This document shows positions 20,489 through 28,934 of a DNA stretch of 64,000 bases, piece by piece. How positions within the stretch are numbered: position 1 is the first letter of the stretch; every line of letters begins with the position of its first letter. The DNA is from Bacteroidales bacterium (GTDB lineage Bacteria; Bacteroidota; Bacteroidia; Bacteroidales; UBA1715): contig JAITUU010000001.1 of NCBI GenBank assembly GCA_031286165.1, positions 15,189 to 79,188 on the forward strand, read 5' to 3'. Made by a program: the position numbers and the translations under genes. The notes under the pieces were generated by a model that saw only the letters and a program-made list of their open reading frames with translations, was not told where the DNA came from and made no database searches.

Positions 20489-20523
20489 ACGCACACAAAA
20501 AGAGAACATACAAACGATTTTTT

Positions 20524-21606
20524 ATGCTGAAAATAATAGACCTCTACATAATCAAAAAAATTCTGGGCACATTTTTCTTTACCTTGCTCATTATTATGTG
20601 CATTGCCGTGATTTTCGATATTCAGGAAAAATATGAGGATTTTGTATCAAATCAAGCCCCGCTCAAAGAAATTATTGTAGATTATTATTTGAATTTTATA
20701 CCCTATTACGCCAATTTATTTACCAATTTATTTGTATTTATTACTGCTATTTTTGTAACATCGAAAATGGCAAGTAACACCGAAATTATAGCCATTCACG
20801 CCAGCGGCATTAGTTTCAATCGTTTTTTACGCCCGTATTTTGTAGCCACCACCGTGATTGCAATTCTTTCATGGGTGCTCATTATGTATATTATTCCACT
20901 TTCCAATACTATTAAAATAGGATTTGAAGATAGATATGTGTACAATAAAGTGGTGAGTTGGGAACGCAATATTCACCGTCAGGTGCGTCCGGGCGAATTT
21001 GTGTATATAGAAAGTTACAATGTGGATAGCGATAATGCCTTTCGTTTGGCAATGGAAAAATTCGATGAAAATGGCGTATTGCAATCGAAACTCACGAGTG
21101 ATTATGCGCGTTGGAATCCCGAAACGGAGCGATGGGACGTGTATAATTACGTAATTCGTGATATGCGAGCCGATGGGCAAATTTTGCGTAAAGGGCAACT
21201 GCTCGATACGGTATTTTATCTTACGCCGGCGGATTTTAAAATGCGTAATAAGTACGTGGAGCGTATGAATATTGACGAACTGAACGAATATATAGAAACG
21301 CAACGCCTGCAAGGAACTGATAATATTAACCTGCTTTTGGTAGAAAAACACAAACGTTGGTCTTTCCCGTTTTCCAATTTTATACTCATGCTGCTGGGTG
21401 TGTGCCTCTCGAATAAGAAAAAACGCGGTGGCACGGTGGTGAATATTGTGATAGGATTTGCCCTCGCATTTATGTACATTATGCTCTTTCAAGTAACCAC
21501 TACTTTTACCATTTACGCCAATTTAGACCCATTTTTGGCTGTGTGGTTGCCCAATATTCTCTACGCCGTAGTGTGCTTTTTCTTGTATCGCAACGCTAAA
21601 ATTTAA
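20524..21606 (+). CDS. LptF/LptG-family (YjgP/YjgQ) permease
   Basis: 360 aa. N-terminus MLKIIDLYIIKKILGTFFFTL, with three TM helices, a periplasmic beta-rich region and three more TM helices. Confidence 0.8.
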   Translation: MLKIIDLYIIKKILGTFFFTLLIIMCIAVIFDIQEKYEDFVSNQAPLKEIIVDYYLNFIPYYANLFTNLFVFITAIFVTSKMASNTEIIAIHASGISFNRFLRPYFVATTVIAILSWVLIMYIIPLSNTIKIGFEDRYVYNKVVSWERNIHRQVRPGEFVYIESYNVDSDNAFRLAMEKFDENGVLQSKLTSDYARWNPETERWDVYNYVIRDMRADGQILRKGQLLDTVFYLTPADFKMRNKYVERMNIDELNEYIETQRLQGTDNINLLLVEKHKRWSFPFSNFILMLLGVCLSNKKKRGGTVVNIVIGFALAFMYIMLFQVTTTFTIYANLDPFLAVWLPNILYAVVCFFLYRNAKI

Positions 21607-21610
21607 CATC

Positions 21611-22204
21611 ATGCAGGTCGGTTTGTTCTTCGGTTCTTTCAATCCAATTCATATAGGGCATTTGGCTATTGCCAACTATATGGTGGAATTTACCGAAATT
21701 GAGCAACTATGGTTTGTAATTTCTCCGCACAATCCGCTCAAAGAAAAGAAATCGCTGCTTGATAACTACCAACGCTATGAAATGGTGTGCCGCGCCATAG
21801 AACATTTCCCAAACATGCAGGCAAGCACCATAGAATTTTCATTGCCGCAGCCGTCATATACCATTCACGCGCTGGCACATTTGGAAGAAAAATATCCGCA
21901 ACACACATTTTCGCTCATCATGGGTGCCGACAATGTGGTGCATTTACACGCATGGAAACATTCCGAACACATACTCGAAAATTACCACATTTATGTATAT
22001 AATCGTCCGGAGATTTCACAGACGCACATTCCGGAAACGTATAAAAATCACACACATATACACTTTGTAGATGCGCCGCTTATGGAAATTTCTTCGAGTT
22101 TTATTCGCCGTGGTATAGCCGAAAAAAAGAACATTCGCGCTTTTATGCCCGATGCTGCATGGCAGTATTTAGACGAAATGAATTTTTATAAAAACTTGCA
22201 ATAA
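21611..22204 (+). CDS. nadD: nicotinate-nucleotide adenylyltransferase
   Basis: GLFFGSFNPIHIGH (HxGH motif), ISPHNPLK and ISSSFIRR. Confidence 0.9.
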   Translation: MQVGLFFGSFNPIHIGHLAIANYMVEFTEIEQLWFVISPHNPLKEKKSLLDNYQRYEMVCRAIEHFPNMQASTIEFSLPQPSYTIHALAHLEEKYPQHTFSLIMGADNVVHLHAWKHSEHILENYHIYVYNRPEISQTHIPETYKNHTHIHFVDAPLMEISSSFIRRGIAEKKNIRAFMPDAAWQYLDEMNFYKNLQ

Positions 22205-22229
22205 TCTCGCGATTTCTGCTTTTTTAAGT

Positions 22230-22814
22230 TTATTTATACTGCGCTTTTACTGCTTTTATATTGCTTTTCAATGCACTTTCTTGATGGCGCAATACTTCTT
22301 GTTTATTGCGCAAGTCGTTAATTTGACTTTGGAGGGCATCGTTTTGCTGTTGTAAGATTTTTATCTGATTATTTATATCAGTAATCTTGGTATTCATTTC
22401 CGCTTTTTTTCGTGCAGCCTCCGTCTTGTCGATTTTTTGATATTTACTTGTCCAATCAATTTGGTCTTTTGCTTGAAGTGCACTCACTTGGTCGGCAGTG
22501 AGTGATTGTTGCAGCACCGTATCGCGGTCGTGTTTCAGAGCAGCCACTTTTGCTTTTTTTTCGTCTGCCGAAAGCGTGCCATCGGCAACTACTGCATCAA
22601 CTTTTTTTGCAGTTTCTTTATTCAGTTTGTTCACTTGTTGCGATTGTGTTTTACTCAAAGCGGCAGGCGCGGCAGGATTGACAGGTTCACTCACTACCGA
22701 TACCGATGTGGTGGTGGAAGGAGGGGTAGCAGGTGCTACCAAAGTTGCCGGAGTTGATTGGCAAAATGCTGAGCCGGTTAGGAGCGTAAGTCCTACAAAA
22801 ATAAGTTTTTTCAT
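22230..22814 (-). CDS. secreted coiled-coil protein, function unknown
   Basis: Signal peptide MKKLIFVGLTLLTGSAFCQ. The remainder is K/Q/A-rich with heptad-like periodicity. Confidence 0.6.
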   Translation of the reverse strand: MKKLIFVGLTLLTGSAFCQSTPATLVAPATPPSTTTSVSVVSEPVNPAAPAALSKTQSQQVNKLNKETAKKVDAVVADGTLSADEKKAKVAALKHDRDTVLQQSLTADQVSALQAKDQIDWTSKYQKIDKTEAARKKAEMNTKITDINNQIKILQQQNDALQSQINDLRNKQEVLRHQESALKSNIKAVKAQYK

Positions 22815-22995
22815 GGCAGTATAATTTTGTTGGTTTGTGAGTGCAATGTAGCAAAAAAATCAAATGACGATGTTGTTACAGTCTGTATGTTCAGCATATA
22901 TTTTATTGAATTGCGGCATATTTTCTAATCCCTTCCTAATCCCTCTCTAACGGCATATTCAAACCCAAGCCGCTACTTTGTTGCTATTTTCTTTA

Positions 22996-23022
22996 TTAGT
23001 TAGGGTAAACTAATTATATTTG
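22996..23022 (+). promoter_or_regulatory. inverted-repeat operator fused to -7 box (marR promoter)
   Basis: TTAGTTAGGGTAAACTAA (half-sites TTAGTT/AACTAA), then 1 nt, then TATATTTG. The arrangement is the same as at 23503-23530. Confidence 0.55.
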
Positions 23023-23043
23023 CGCCGAAAAAAACAATATGTG

Positions 23044-23457
23044 ATGAAAGATAATTTGAAAGATAATATAGTAAAATTTACGCGACTTATTTCTACTGCG
23101 GAAGAGGACGCAATGAAATTATATGAAATGCAGGATTTAACTGCCACGCAATTCCATTATTTGGAAATTATTGGCGAATTGGAAAATCCAACCCTCACGG
23201 AATTGGCTACCGTTATGAAATTAACGAAACCGTCTGTAACAGCAACCATCGACCGTTTGATTATCAAAGGACTTGTTCGTAAGGTACATTCGGATATTGA
23301 CAAAAGAAGTTCGCACTTACACTTGACAGAAATTGGCGAACAAATCAACAAACGACACGATTTTGCTCACGACTTTGTGATTGGTTTAATCGCAAAGAGA
23401 CTTTCGCAAGAGGAAATAAAATCATTTACCGCATTCTTGGATAAAATCACCGAATAA
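23044..23457 (+). CDS. MarR-family transcriptional regulator
   Basis: Winged-helix pattern LTATQFHYLEIIGELENPTLTELATVMKLTKPSVTATIDRLIIKGLVRKVHSDIDKRS. First ATG at 23044. Confidence 0.85.
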   Translation: MKDNLKDNIVKFTRLISTAEEDAMKLYEMQDLTATQFHYLEIIGELENPTLTELATVMKLTKPSVTATIDRLIIKGLVRKVHSDIDKRSSHLHLTEIGEQINKRHDFAHDFVIGLIAKRLSQEEIKSFTAFLDKITE

Positions 23458-23502
23458 TTATCGGTGATAAAAAAAACAGAAAAATATTCTGCATTTTATT
23501 TT

Positions 23503-23530
23503 GTTAGTTAGCGCTAACTAACTATATTTG
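23503..23530 (+). promoter_or_regulatory. perfect 20-bp palindromic operator fused to -7 box (mgtA promoter)
   Basis: GTTAGTTAGC|GCTAACTAAC is a perfect palindrome, immediately followed by TATATTTG. Confidence 0.6.
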
Positions 23531-23589
23531 CAGCGTTAAAAAAATAACAAGAGAAAAGAACATAGTGTATCACTAAAAAAGTATGTAGT

Positions 23590-23720
23590 ATGAACGATGA
23601 CCCGTATCCGAGTTGCAGAAAAAGCAACACAAGTAAACGTAAAACAAAAGTAGTAACACTTCTGTAAGGAGAGGGTTTTGTCAATCTCCTTACAGAGCAA
23701 AACAGTAAGGAGATTACATC
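23590..23720 (+). promoter_or_regulatory. mgtA leader: short uORF (23590-23667, MNDDPYPSCRKSNTSKRKTKVVTLL) plus alternative hairpin / RBS-sequestering structure
   Basis: 11-bp perfect stem CTGTAAGGAGA (23662-23672) / TCTCCTTACAG (23685-23695). The uORF stop TAA (23665-23667) lies in the 5' arm. The 5'-arm sequence recurs as CAGTAAGGAGA (23703-23713) and contains the mgtA SD. Confidence 0.45.
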
Positions 23721-26549
23721 ATGGTTAAAAAAAAAATCAGAGAAAACGCTGAAACGGCGTTTCGTGGTGCTGCGCAATCGGCACAAAAAAGTAACACAAA
23801 ATCGGTAAACAAACCGAAATCAAAGAAAGAATTTGAAGAAACGCTTCGCAGAGCGGGCGTGCTGCAACGAATGGGGTTTGCAGCGACTGCAAAACTCGAA
23901 GACTTGCTTGCCGAACTTGGTACGAGTTACGAAGGCTTGACCGAAGAGTGTGTGGAAAATGCCCGCCGCGTATTCGGCGGTAACGACATTACCCACAAAA
24001 AGAAGGAATCGTTGCTCAAACGCTTGGCACGGGCATTTATCAATCCATTTACCATTATTCTTATTGCGCTGGCGGTAATTTCTGCGTTTACCGACATTAT
24101 TCTTGTCGAATCGGGAGAAGAAGACTTTATGGCGGTACTGATTATTACTACGATGGTACTGATTTCGGGAATTTTGCGTTTTGTGCAGGAAACAAGGAGT
24201 GGACGCGCGGCGGAAAATCTGTTGAAGTTGATAAAAACCACGACCAATATTGAACGCAAAGGCTTTGGAAGACAAGAAATTCCGATTAGCGATGTGGTGG
24301 TGGGCGATATTGTGCATTTGTCGGCAGGCGATATGATTCCGGCTGATATACGCATTATTCGGGCAAAAGATTTGTTTGTGAGCCAGTCGGCACTCACCGG
24401 CGAGAGTGTGGCAGTGGAAAAAACCGCCGATATTGACACGCAAAAGCACGGCAATTTGACGGAAACAGCCAATCTTGCATTTATGGGTTCAAACGTTATC
24501 AGTGGCAGTGCCACAGGCGTGGTGGTGGTAACGGGAAATGGCACCATGTTTGGTGAAATGGCACGAAGCGTAAACGAAAAACCTGCAAAAACTTCTTTTG
24601 AAAAAGGGCTAAATTCTGTGTCGTGGGTTTTGATTCGGTTTATGTTGGTAATGGTTCCTATTGTGCTGTTTATCAACGGATTTACCAAAGGAGATTGGAT
24701 GGAAGCCCTCTTGTTTGCCTTAGCCGTGGCGGTGGGTTTAACGCCCGAAATGCTGCCGATGATTGTTACCGCCTGCCTTGCCAAAGGTGCGGTGAGAATG
24801 TCGAAAGAAAAGACGATTATCAAAAACCTGAACTCCATTCAAAATCTGGGTTCAATCAACGTGCTTTGCACCGATAAAACCGGAACGCTTACCCAAGATA
24901 AGGTAGTGTTGCTCTATCATCTCAATATTCACGGACAGGAAGATGCGCGTGTGTTACGACACGCTTTTCTCAACAGTTACTATCAAACAGGCTTGAAAAA
25001 CCTGATGGATATTGCCATTATAGAGCGCACGCAAGACGAGCAAAATTCCATAAACGAACTGCGTGGATTGACCGATAAATTTGTAAAAGTGGACGAAATT
25101 CCCTTTGATTTTGAACGCCGCCGTATGAGTGTGGTGGTAGAGGCTTTCGGAAAATCGCAAATGATTACCAAAGGTGCGGTGGAAGAAATGCTCGCCATTT
25201 GCAGCCATGCCGAGTACGAAGGCAGTGTGGTGCCGCTTAGCGAAGAGGTGAAAAAGTACATTCTCAAAAAAGTGGAGGATTTGAACGAAGACGGTATGCG
25301 TGTGATTGCGGTAGCGCAGAAAACAAATCCTTCGCCGGTGGGCACCTTCTCCGTTGCCGATGAGTCGGATATGGTACTGATGGGCTACCTTGCCTTTCTC
25401 GACCCTCCCAAAGAATCTACGCCGAAAGCAATCGCAGCGTTGCAGGAAAATGGCGTGAGCGTGAAAATCCTCACCGGCGACAACGATAAAGTTACTCGTT
25501 GCGTGTGCCGCCAAGTGGGTATTCCGGTAGATAGAATTGTGCTGGGCACCGAAGTGGAAAAAATGGACGAAGAAACGCTCCGAACTACTGCCGAAGCGGT
25601 GTCGGTGTTTGCCAAACTTTCGCCGCAGCAAAAGGCGCGTGTGATTACGGCTTTGCGCAGCAACGGACACAGCGTGGGCTACATGGGCGATGGCATCAAC
25701 GATGCCGCCGGAATGAAAGCCTCCGATGTGGGAATTTCGGTAGATACGGCGGTGGACATTGCCAAAGAATCGGCAGATGTGATTTTGCTGGAAAAAGATT
25801 TGATGGTGCTCGAAAAAGGAATTGTGGAAGGGCGCAAAACCTACGGGAATATGATTAAATATATCAAAATGACGGCAAGTTCCAATTTTGGAAATATGTT
25901 CAGCGTGCTGGCGGCAAGTGCATTTTTGCCCTTTTTGCCCATGCTCTCCATTCACATTATTTTGCTCAACCTCATTTACGATATGTCGTGCACTGCCATT
26001 CCGTGGGACAATGTGGACAAGGAATTTCTACGAGTTCCCCGCAAATGGAACGCTTCGCTGGTAGGTAAATTTATGTTGTGGATAGGACCCACAAGTTCGG
26101 TGTTCGACATTACCACCTATTTATTGATGTATTTTGTGATTTGTCCGCAATTTGTGTCAAACGGACTGCTCTTCAACCAAATTGCCGAAGGCACGCTCAT
26201 TCAGTCGGGCATATTTGCCGGATTAAATATGAGAACGGTGTATATTGCTATGTTTCAGGCAGGTTGGTTTGTAGAATCCATGTGGTCGCAAACGCTGGTA
26301 ATTCACATGATACGCACGCCGAAAATACCGTTTATACAAAGCCGCGCCTCGTTGCCGCTCACGCTGATTACCTTTACGGGAATTGCCTTTTTGACCACCA
26401 TTCCATTTACCGCTTTCGGAAAATCCATCGGCTTGGCACCCCTTCCATCGGTGTACTTTGCGTGGTTGCTACTCACCATTATCCTATATATGTTGCTGGC
26501 GCAGGCAATGAAAAAAATCTTTATCAAACGATACGGCGAATTGTTGTAA
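23721..26549 (+). CDS. mgtA: magnesium-translocating P-type ATPase
   Basis: 942 aa. CTDKTGTLT phosphorylation site, [20 protein letters not shown] and ten TM segments. The overall pattern is MgtA/MgtB type. Confidence 0.88.
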   Translation: MVKKKIRENAETAFRGAAQSAQKSNTKSVNKPKSKKEFEETLRRAGVLQRMGFAATAKLEDLLAELGTSYEGLTEECVENARRVFGGNDITHKKKESLLKRLARAFINPFTIILIALAVISAFTDIILVESGEEDFMAVLIITTMVLISGILRFVQETRSGRAAENLLKLIKTTTNIERKGFGRQEIPISDVVVGDIVHLSAGDMIPADIRIIRAKDLFVSQSALTGESVAVEKTADIDTQKHGNLTETANLAFMGSNVISGSATGVVVVTGNGTMFGEMARSVNEKPAKTSFEKGLNSVSWVLIRFMLVMVPIVLFINGFTKGDWMEALLFALAVAVGLTPEMLPMIVTACLAKGAVRMSKEKTIIKNLNSIQNLGSINVLCTDKTGTLTQDKVVLLYHLNIHGQEDARVLRHAFLNSYYQTGLKNLMDIAIIERTQDEQNSINELRGLTDKFVKVDEIPFDFERRRMSVVVEAFGKSQMITKGAVEEMLAICSHAEYEGSVVPLSEEVKKYILKKVEDLNEDGMRVIAVAQKTNPSPVGTFSVADESDMVLMGYLAFLDPPKESTPKAIAALQENGVSVKILTGDNDKVTRCVCRQVGIPVDRIVLGTEVEKMDEETLRTTAEAVSVFAKLSPQQKARVITALRSNGHSVGYMGDGINDAAGMKASDVGISVDTAVDIAKESADVILLEKDLMVLEKGIVEGRKTYGNMIKYIKMTASSNFGNMFSVLAASAFLPFLPMLSIHIILLNLIYDMSCTAIPWDNVDKEFLRVPRKWNASLVGKFMLWIGPTSSVFDITTYLLMYFVICPQFVSNGLLFNQIAEGTLIQSGIFAGLNMRTVYIAMFQAGWFVESMWSQTLVIHMIRTPKIPFIQSRASLPLTLITFTGIAFLTTIPFTAFGKSIGLAPLPSVYFAWLLLTIILYMLLAQAMKKIFIKRYGELL

Positions 26550-26570
26550 TGCACTGAATTAGAGACAACA

Positions 26571-26699
26571 ATGAACACAGAACCCTATCCGAGTACTGCG
26601 AACAACTCTCGCACAATGATAAAATTAACACAAGTAAAAACTTTTCGGTAGGGAAATTTTGTTATATTTCCCTGCACGAAGTATGTAAGGAAATTAACA
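26571..26699 (+). promoter_or_regulatory. paralogous leader: uORF (26571-26651, MNTEPYPSTANNSRTMIKLTQVKTFR) plus hairpin
   Basis: Shares ATGAAC..GA.CC.TATCCGAGT, AACACAAGTAAA and GTAAGGARATTA with the mgtA leader. Stem AGGGAAAT (26650-26657) / ATTTCCCT (26666-26673). The uORF stop TAG (26649-26651) touches the 5' arm. AAGGAAAT is repeated at 26687-26694 before the ATG. Confidence 0.4.
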
Positions 26700-27758
26700 A
26701 TGAAAAAAATATGGATTTTTTCGCTCTTTGTGGCGAATTATGCGTGGCTGTGCGCACAAAACGACAGCACACAACTGCGCTTCGGCGTGGACTACACCTC
26801 CGAACTGCAAAGCAATTTCGGGCGGAAATATAATTGGGTCAATTTGCTCACGCTTTGGGGCGAAGTGCCCACCGAAAAACTGTGCAAAGGCTGGCGTGGC
26901 GGCGCGTTTCAGGCAGGTACCTTCGGCAGTTACAAACTTTTTGACGAACAAATTGTGCCCGATTTGCAAACCTATTCCAACATTGAGGAAGACAACCGTT
27001 GGCTGAATTTTTCGCTGCTGGGCTACGAGCAACGCTGGCACAAAGTAACGCTCTACGCCGGCGTGCGCAGTGCGAATTACGACTATTTTATTTCGCCCTA
27101 CACCTCACTTTTTACCGGCAGTTCGGCGGGTATTTTCCCCACGCTTTCTGTGAATTACGATATGGCAAACTATCCGCTTTCGGGCTTGGGGCTGCACGCG
27201 GAGTATGCTTTTGCCGAAGATTGGATATTTAAAACAAGCCTCTACAACGGCATTGCCCACGACCCGCAGGCAAGCGGACGCACGGATTTATCGCAACTTT
27301 TTGTAGTGCGCCCGCGCCGCGATGGACTTTTCAGTATGTCGCAACTGAGTTTTCGCAATTACGCCATTGGCGCAGCAGTGCAAACGGCAGGAGAGGAACA
27401 CACCACTACCGCCTCCTTTTGGGCTGCCGTTGAGCAAGCACTTGTAAAAAACGACCAACGCGAAATCGGGCTGTTGCTGCACGGTGGATTTGCTCCTTCG
27501 CACAAGTTGGAATGTCGCTATTACGCGGCAGTGGGTGCTTATTGGGCAGGAATTTTAGCCCCTGAAAAAGGCGACCAAATCGGCGTGTATTTCAACGCTA
27601 CGGAGGTTTCCGGCGAAAAAGAGCAATCGCTCGAACTCACGTGGCACTATCCGCTGTGCGAATGGCTGTGCGTGCAACCTGCCGTGCACTACATAGTTAC
27701 CGGCGGACGGCAAAGCGTGGTGGGATTGCTGCGCGTGTATGTGAGTGTGGGGGATTGA
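26700..27758 (+). CDS. outer-membrane beta-barrel porin-like protein (OprB-like, tentative)
   Basis: Signal peptide (MKKIWIFSLFVANYAWLCAQ), alternating aromatic/hydrophilic beta-strand pattern and Y/W/G-rich composition. The family call is tentative. Confidence 0.5.
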   Translation: MKKIWIFSLFVANYAWLCAQNDSTQLRFGVDYTSELQSNFGRKYNWVNLLTLWGEVPTEKLCKGWRGGAFQAGTFGSYKLFDEQIVPDLQTYSNIEEDNRWLNFSLLGYEQRWHKVTLYAGVRSANYDYFISPYTSLFTGSSAGIFPTLSVNYDMANYPLSGLGLHAEYAFAEDWIFKTSLYNGIAHDPQASGRTDLSQLFVVRPRRDGLFSMSQLSFRNYAIGAAVQTAGEEHTTTASFWAAVEQALVKNDQREIGLLLHGGFAPSHKLECRYYAAVGAYWAGILAPEKGDQIGVYFNATEVSGEKEQSLELTWHYPLCEWLCVQPAVHYIVTGGRQSVVGLLRVYVSVGD

Positions 27759-27771
27759 GAGAAAGTACGCA

Positions 27772-27803
27772 ACAAGGGGTTGAAACCCCTTGTTACCGTT
27801 TTA
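27772..27803. terminator. intrinsic terminator between convergent genes
   Basis: Perfect 9-bp stem AACAAGGGG-TTGAAA-CCCCTTGTT, followed by ACCGTTTT. Confidence 0.75.
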
Positions 27804-27812
27804 CAAAACTCA

Positions 27813-28199
27813 TTATTTTACCGCTATCCCTCTTTCGGCAAATACTTTTTTGGCTACATTGACCGCATTCAGCACTTTGGGAAAGCCGGTGTACGGAATA
27901 CACTGAATAAATACTTCGATGATTTTTTCGGCTGAAACGCCTACGTTTAACGACCCGTTTATGTGTACTTCCAATTGAGGTTCGCAGCCGCCTTGGGTGA
28001 GCAAACTTGTAATGGTGATTATTTCTCGCTCCTGCAATGAGAGACCTTCGCGCGAATAGACATCGCCAAAGGCAAATTCAATAATGTATCGCCCTAAATC
28101 CGGCGCAACGGATTGCAGCGATTCTATCACTTTTTCTCCCGAATGTCCGTCTATTTCCTGCAACTTGTTCTTTCCTGTAATAAAACGTTCTGATTCCAT
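27813..28199 (-). CDS. carboxymuconolactone decarboxylase (AhpD-like) family protein
   Basis: DLGRYIIEFAFGDVYSREGLSLQEREIITITSLLTQGGCEPQLEVHINGSLNVG is typical of the CMD family. The ATG at 28199 is chosen because the track start at 28298 overlaps the upstream gene. Confidence 0.75.
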   Translation of the reverse strand: MESERFITGKNKLQEIDGHSGEKVIESLQSVAPDLGRYIIEFAFGDVYSREGLSLQEREIITITSLLTQGGCEPQLEVHINGSLNVGVSAEKIIEVFIQCIPYTGFPKVLNAVNVAKKVFAERGIAVK

Positions 28200-28225
28200 T
28201 TTTCTTGCTTTAATGTGTAGTACAA

Positions 28226-28720
28226 TTATGATAATGCTGTAAAGATACTCTTTTTTTGTTTGCCCGAAAAATCTTCCACTGTCATTGTAAATACACAAAC
28301 TTTTTTTAATTCATGCTCCGTAAAATCATATTTTGTGTCATTTCCGGTTTGTTGTTTCATCAAATAATTCAATCCGGTTATTTTTTCGTCCGAAGTTTCC
28401 GCTATGCTGATTTTTCCGAAGCCAATGATGCTTTTAAATTCATAACCATAACTACACGTTTTTTCGCCGGTAATTAATTGAGTATCACAATCTATTTCAA
28501 AGCACGCCCGATTGTTTTTCTTGATTAGTTCCATTTTTTTACCTTCCGTAGCACCGTGAAAATAGAGTGTCAAAGTACCGTTATGATACGAAAAACCATA
28601 ATTTAAGGGCACAATATACGGATAATCATTCCCGAACAAAGCAAGCCGGCAAATGGTATTTTGCGCTATGATGTTCAATTTTTCGTCTATATCTGTTATC
28701 TCCTTGTCTTTTCTTCTCAT
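28226..28720 (-). CDS. pyridoxamine 5'-phosphate oxidase-family (Pyridox_ox_2 / NimA-like) protein
   Basis: Internal ATG gives MRRKDKEITDIDEKLNIIAQNTICRLALFGNDYPYIVPLNYGF, a typical N-terminus for this split-barrel family. The 80 aa upstream in the track ORF look non-coding. Confidence 0.75.
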   Translation of the reverse strand: MRRKDKEITDIDEKLNIIAQNTICRLALFGNDYPYIVPLNYGFSYHNGTLTLYFHGATEGKKMELIKKNNRACFEIDCDTQLITGEKTCSYGYEFKSIIGFGKISIAETSDEKITGLNYLMKQQTGNDTKYDFTEHELKKVCVFTMTVEDFSGKQKKSIFTALS

Positions 28721-28934
28721 TGTTTTTTGATTTGTAAATTTGAACGCAAAGATACCACCTGTTTTCCTGTTTTTATTGTACGAAATTGCTGTTTTATGAT
28801 TTTTATGAAAGGATTTGATGCGATGGTTTTTATAAGGCAAAAGTTTCCGCTTCCGAAATGCCTTGTTTGAGGGACTTTTACTACCTTTGCACCACACAAA
28901 GAGATACGTTATTGCAATACTAACAATCAATACT

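Noticed and set aside
20869-21492. 207-aa minus-strand ORF
   Set aside because: It lies antisense to the LptF/LptG-family permease gene and has no motifs.
23445-23467. Hairpin TCACCGA-ATAATTA-TCGGTGA at the marR stop, as a terminator
   Set aside because: It is followed by an A-run, not a T-run, on the coding strand, and the stem is AT-rich and short. It is not convincing as an intrinsic terminator.
23531-23720. The mgtA leader as an M-box (ykoK) Mg2+ riboswitch
   Set aside because: I cannot recognise the conserved M-box core or its multi-helix architecture in this AT-rich 190-nt leader. The uORF plus duplicated hairpin arm explains the visible structure better. A covariance-model scan is needed to exclude it formally.
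23820-25955. Minus-strand ORFs of 209, 303 and 333 aa
   Set aside because: They lie antisense to mgtA, have no recognisable motifs and show biased composition.
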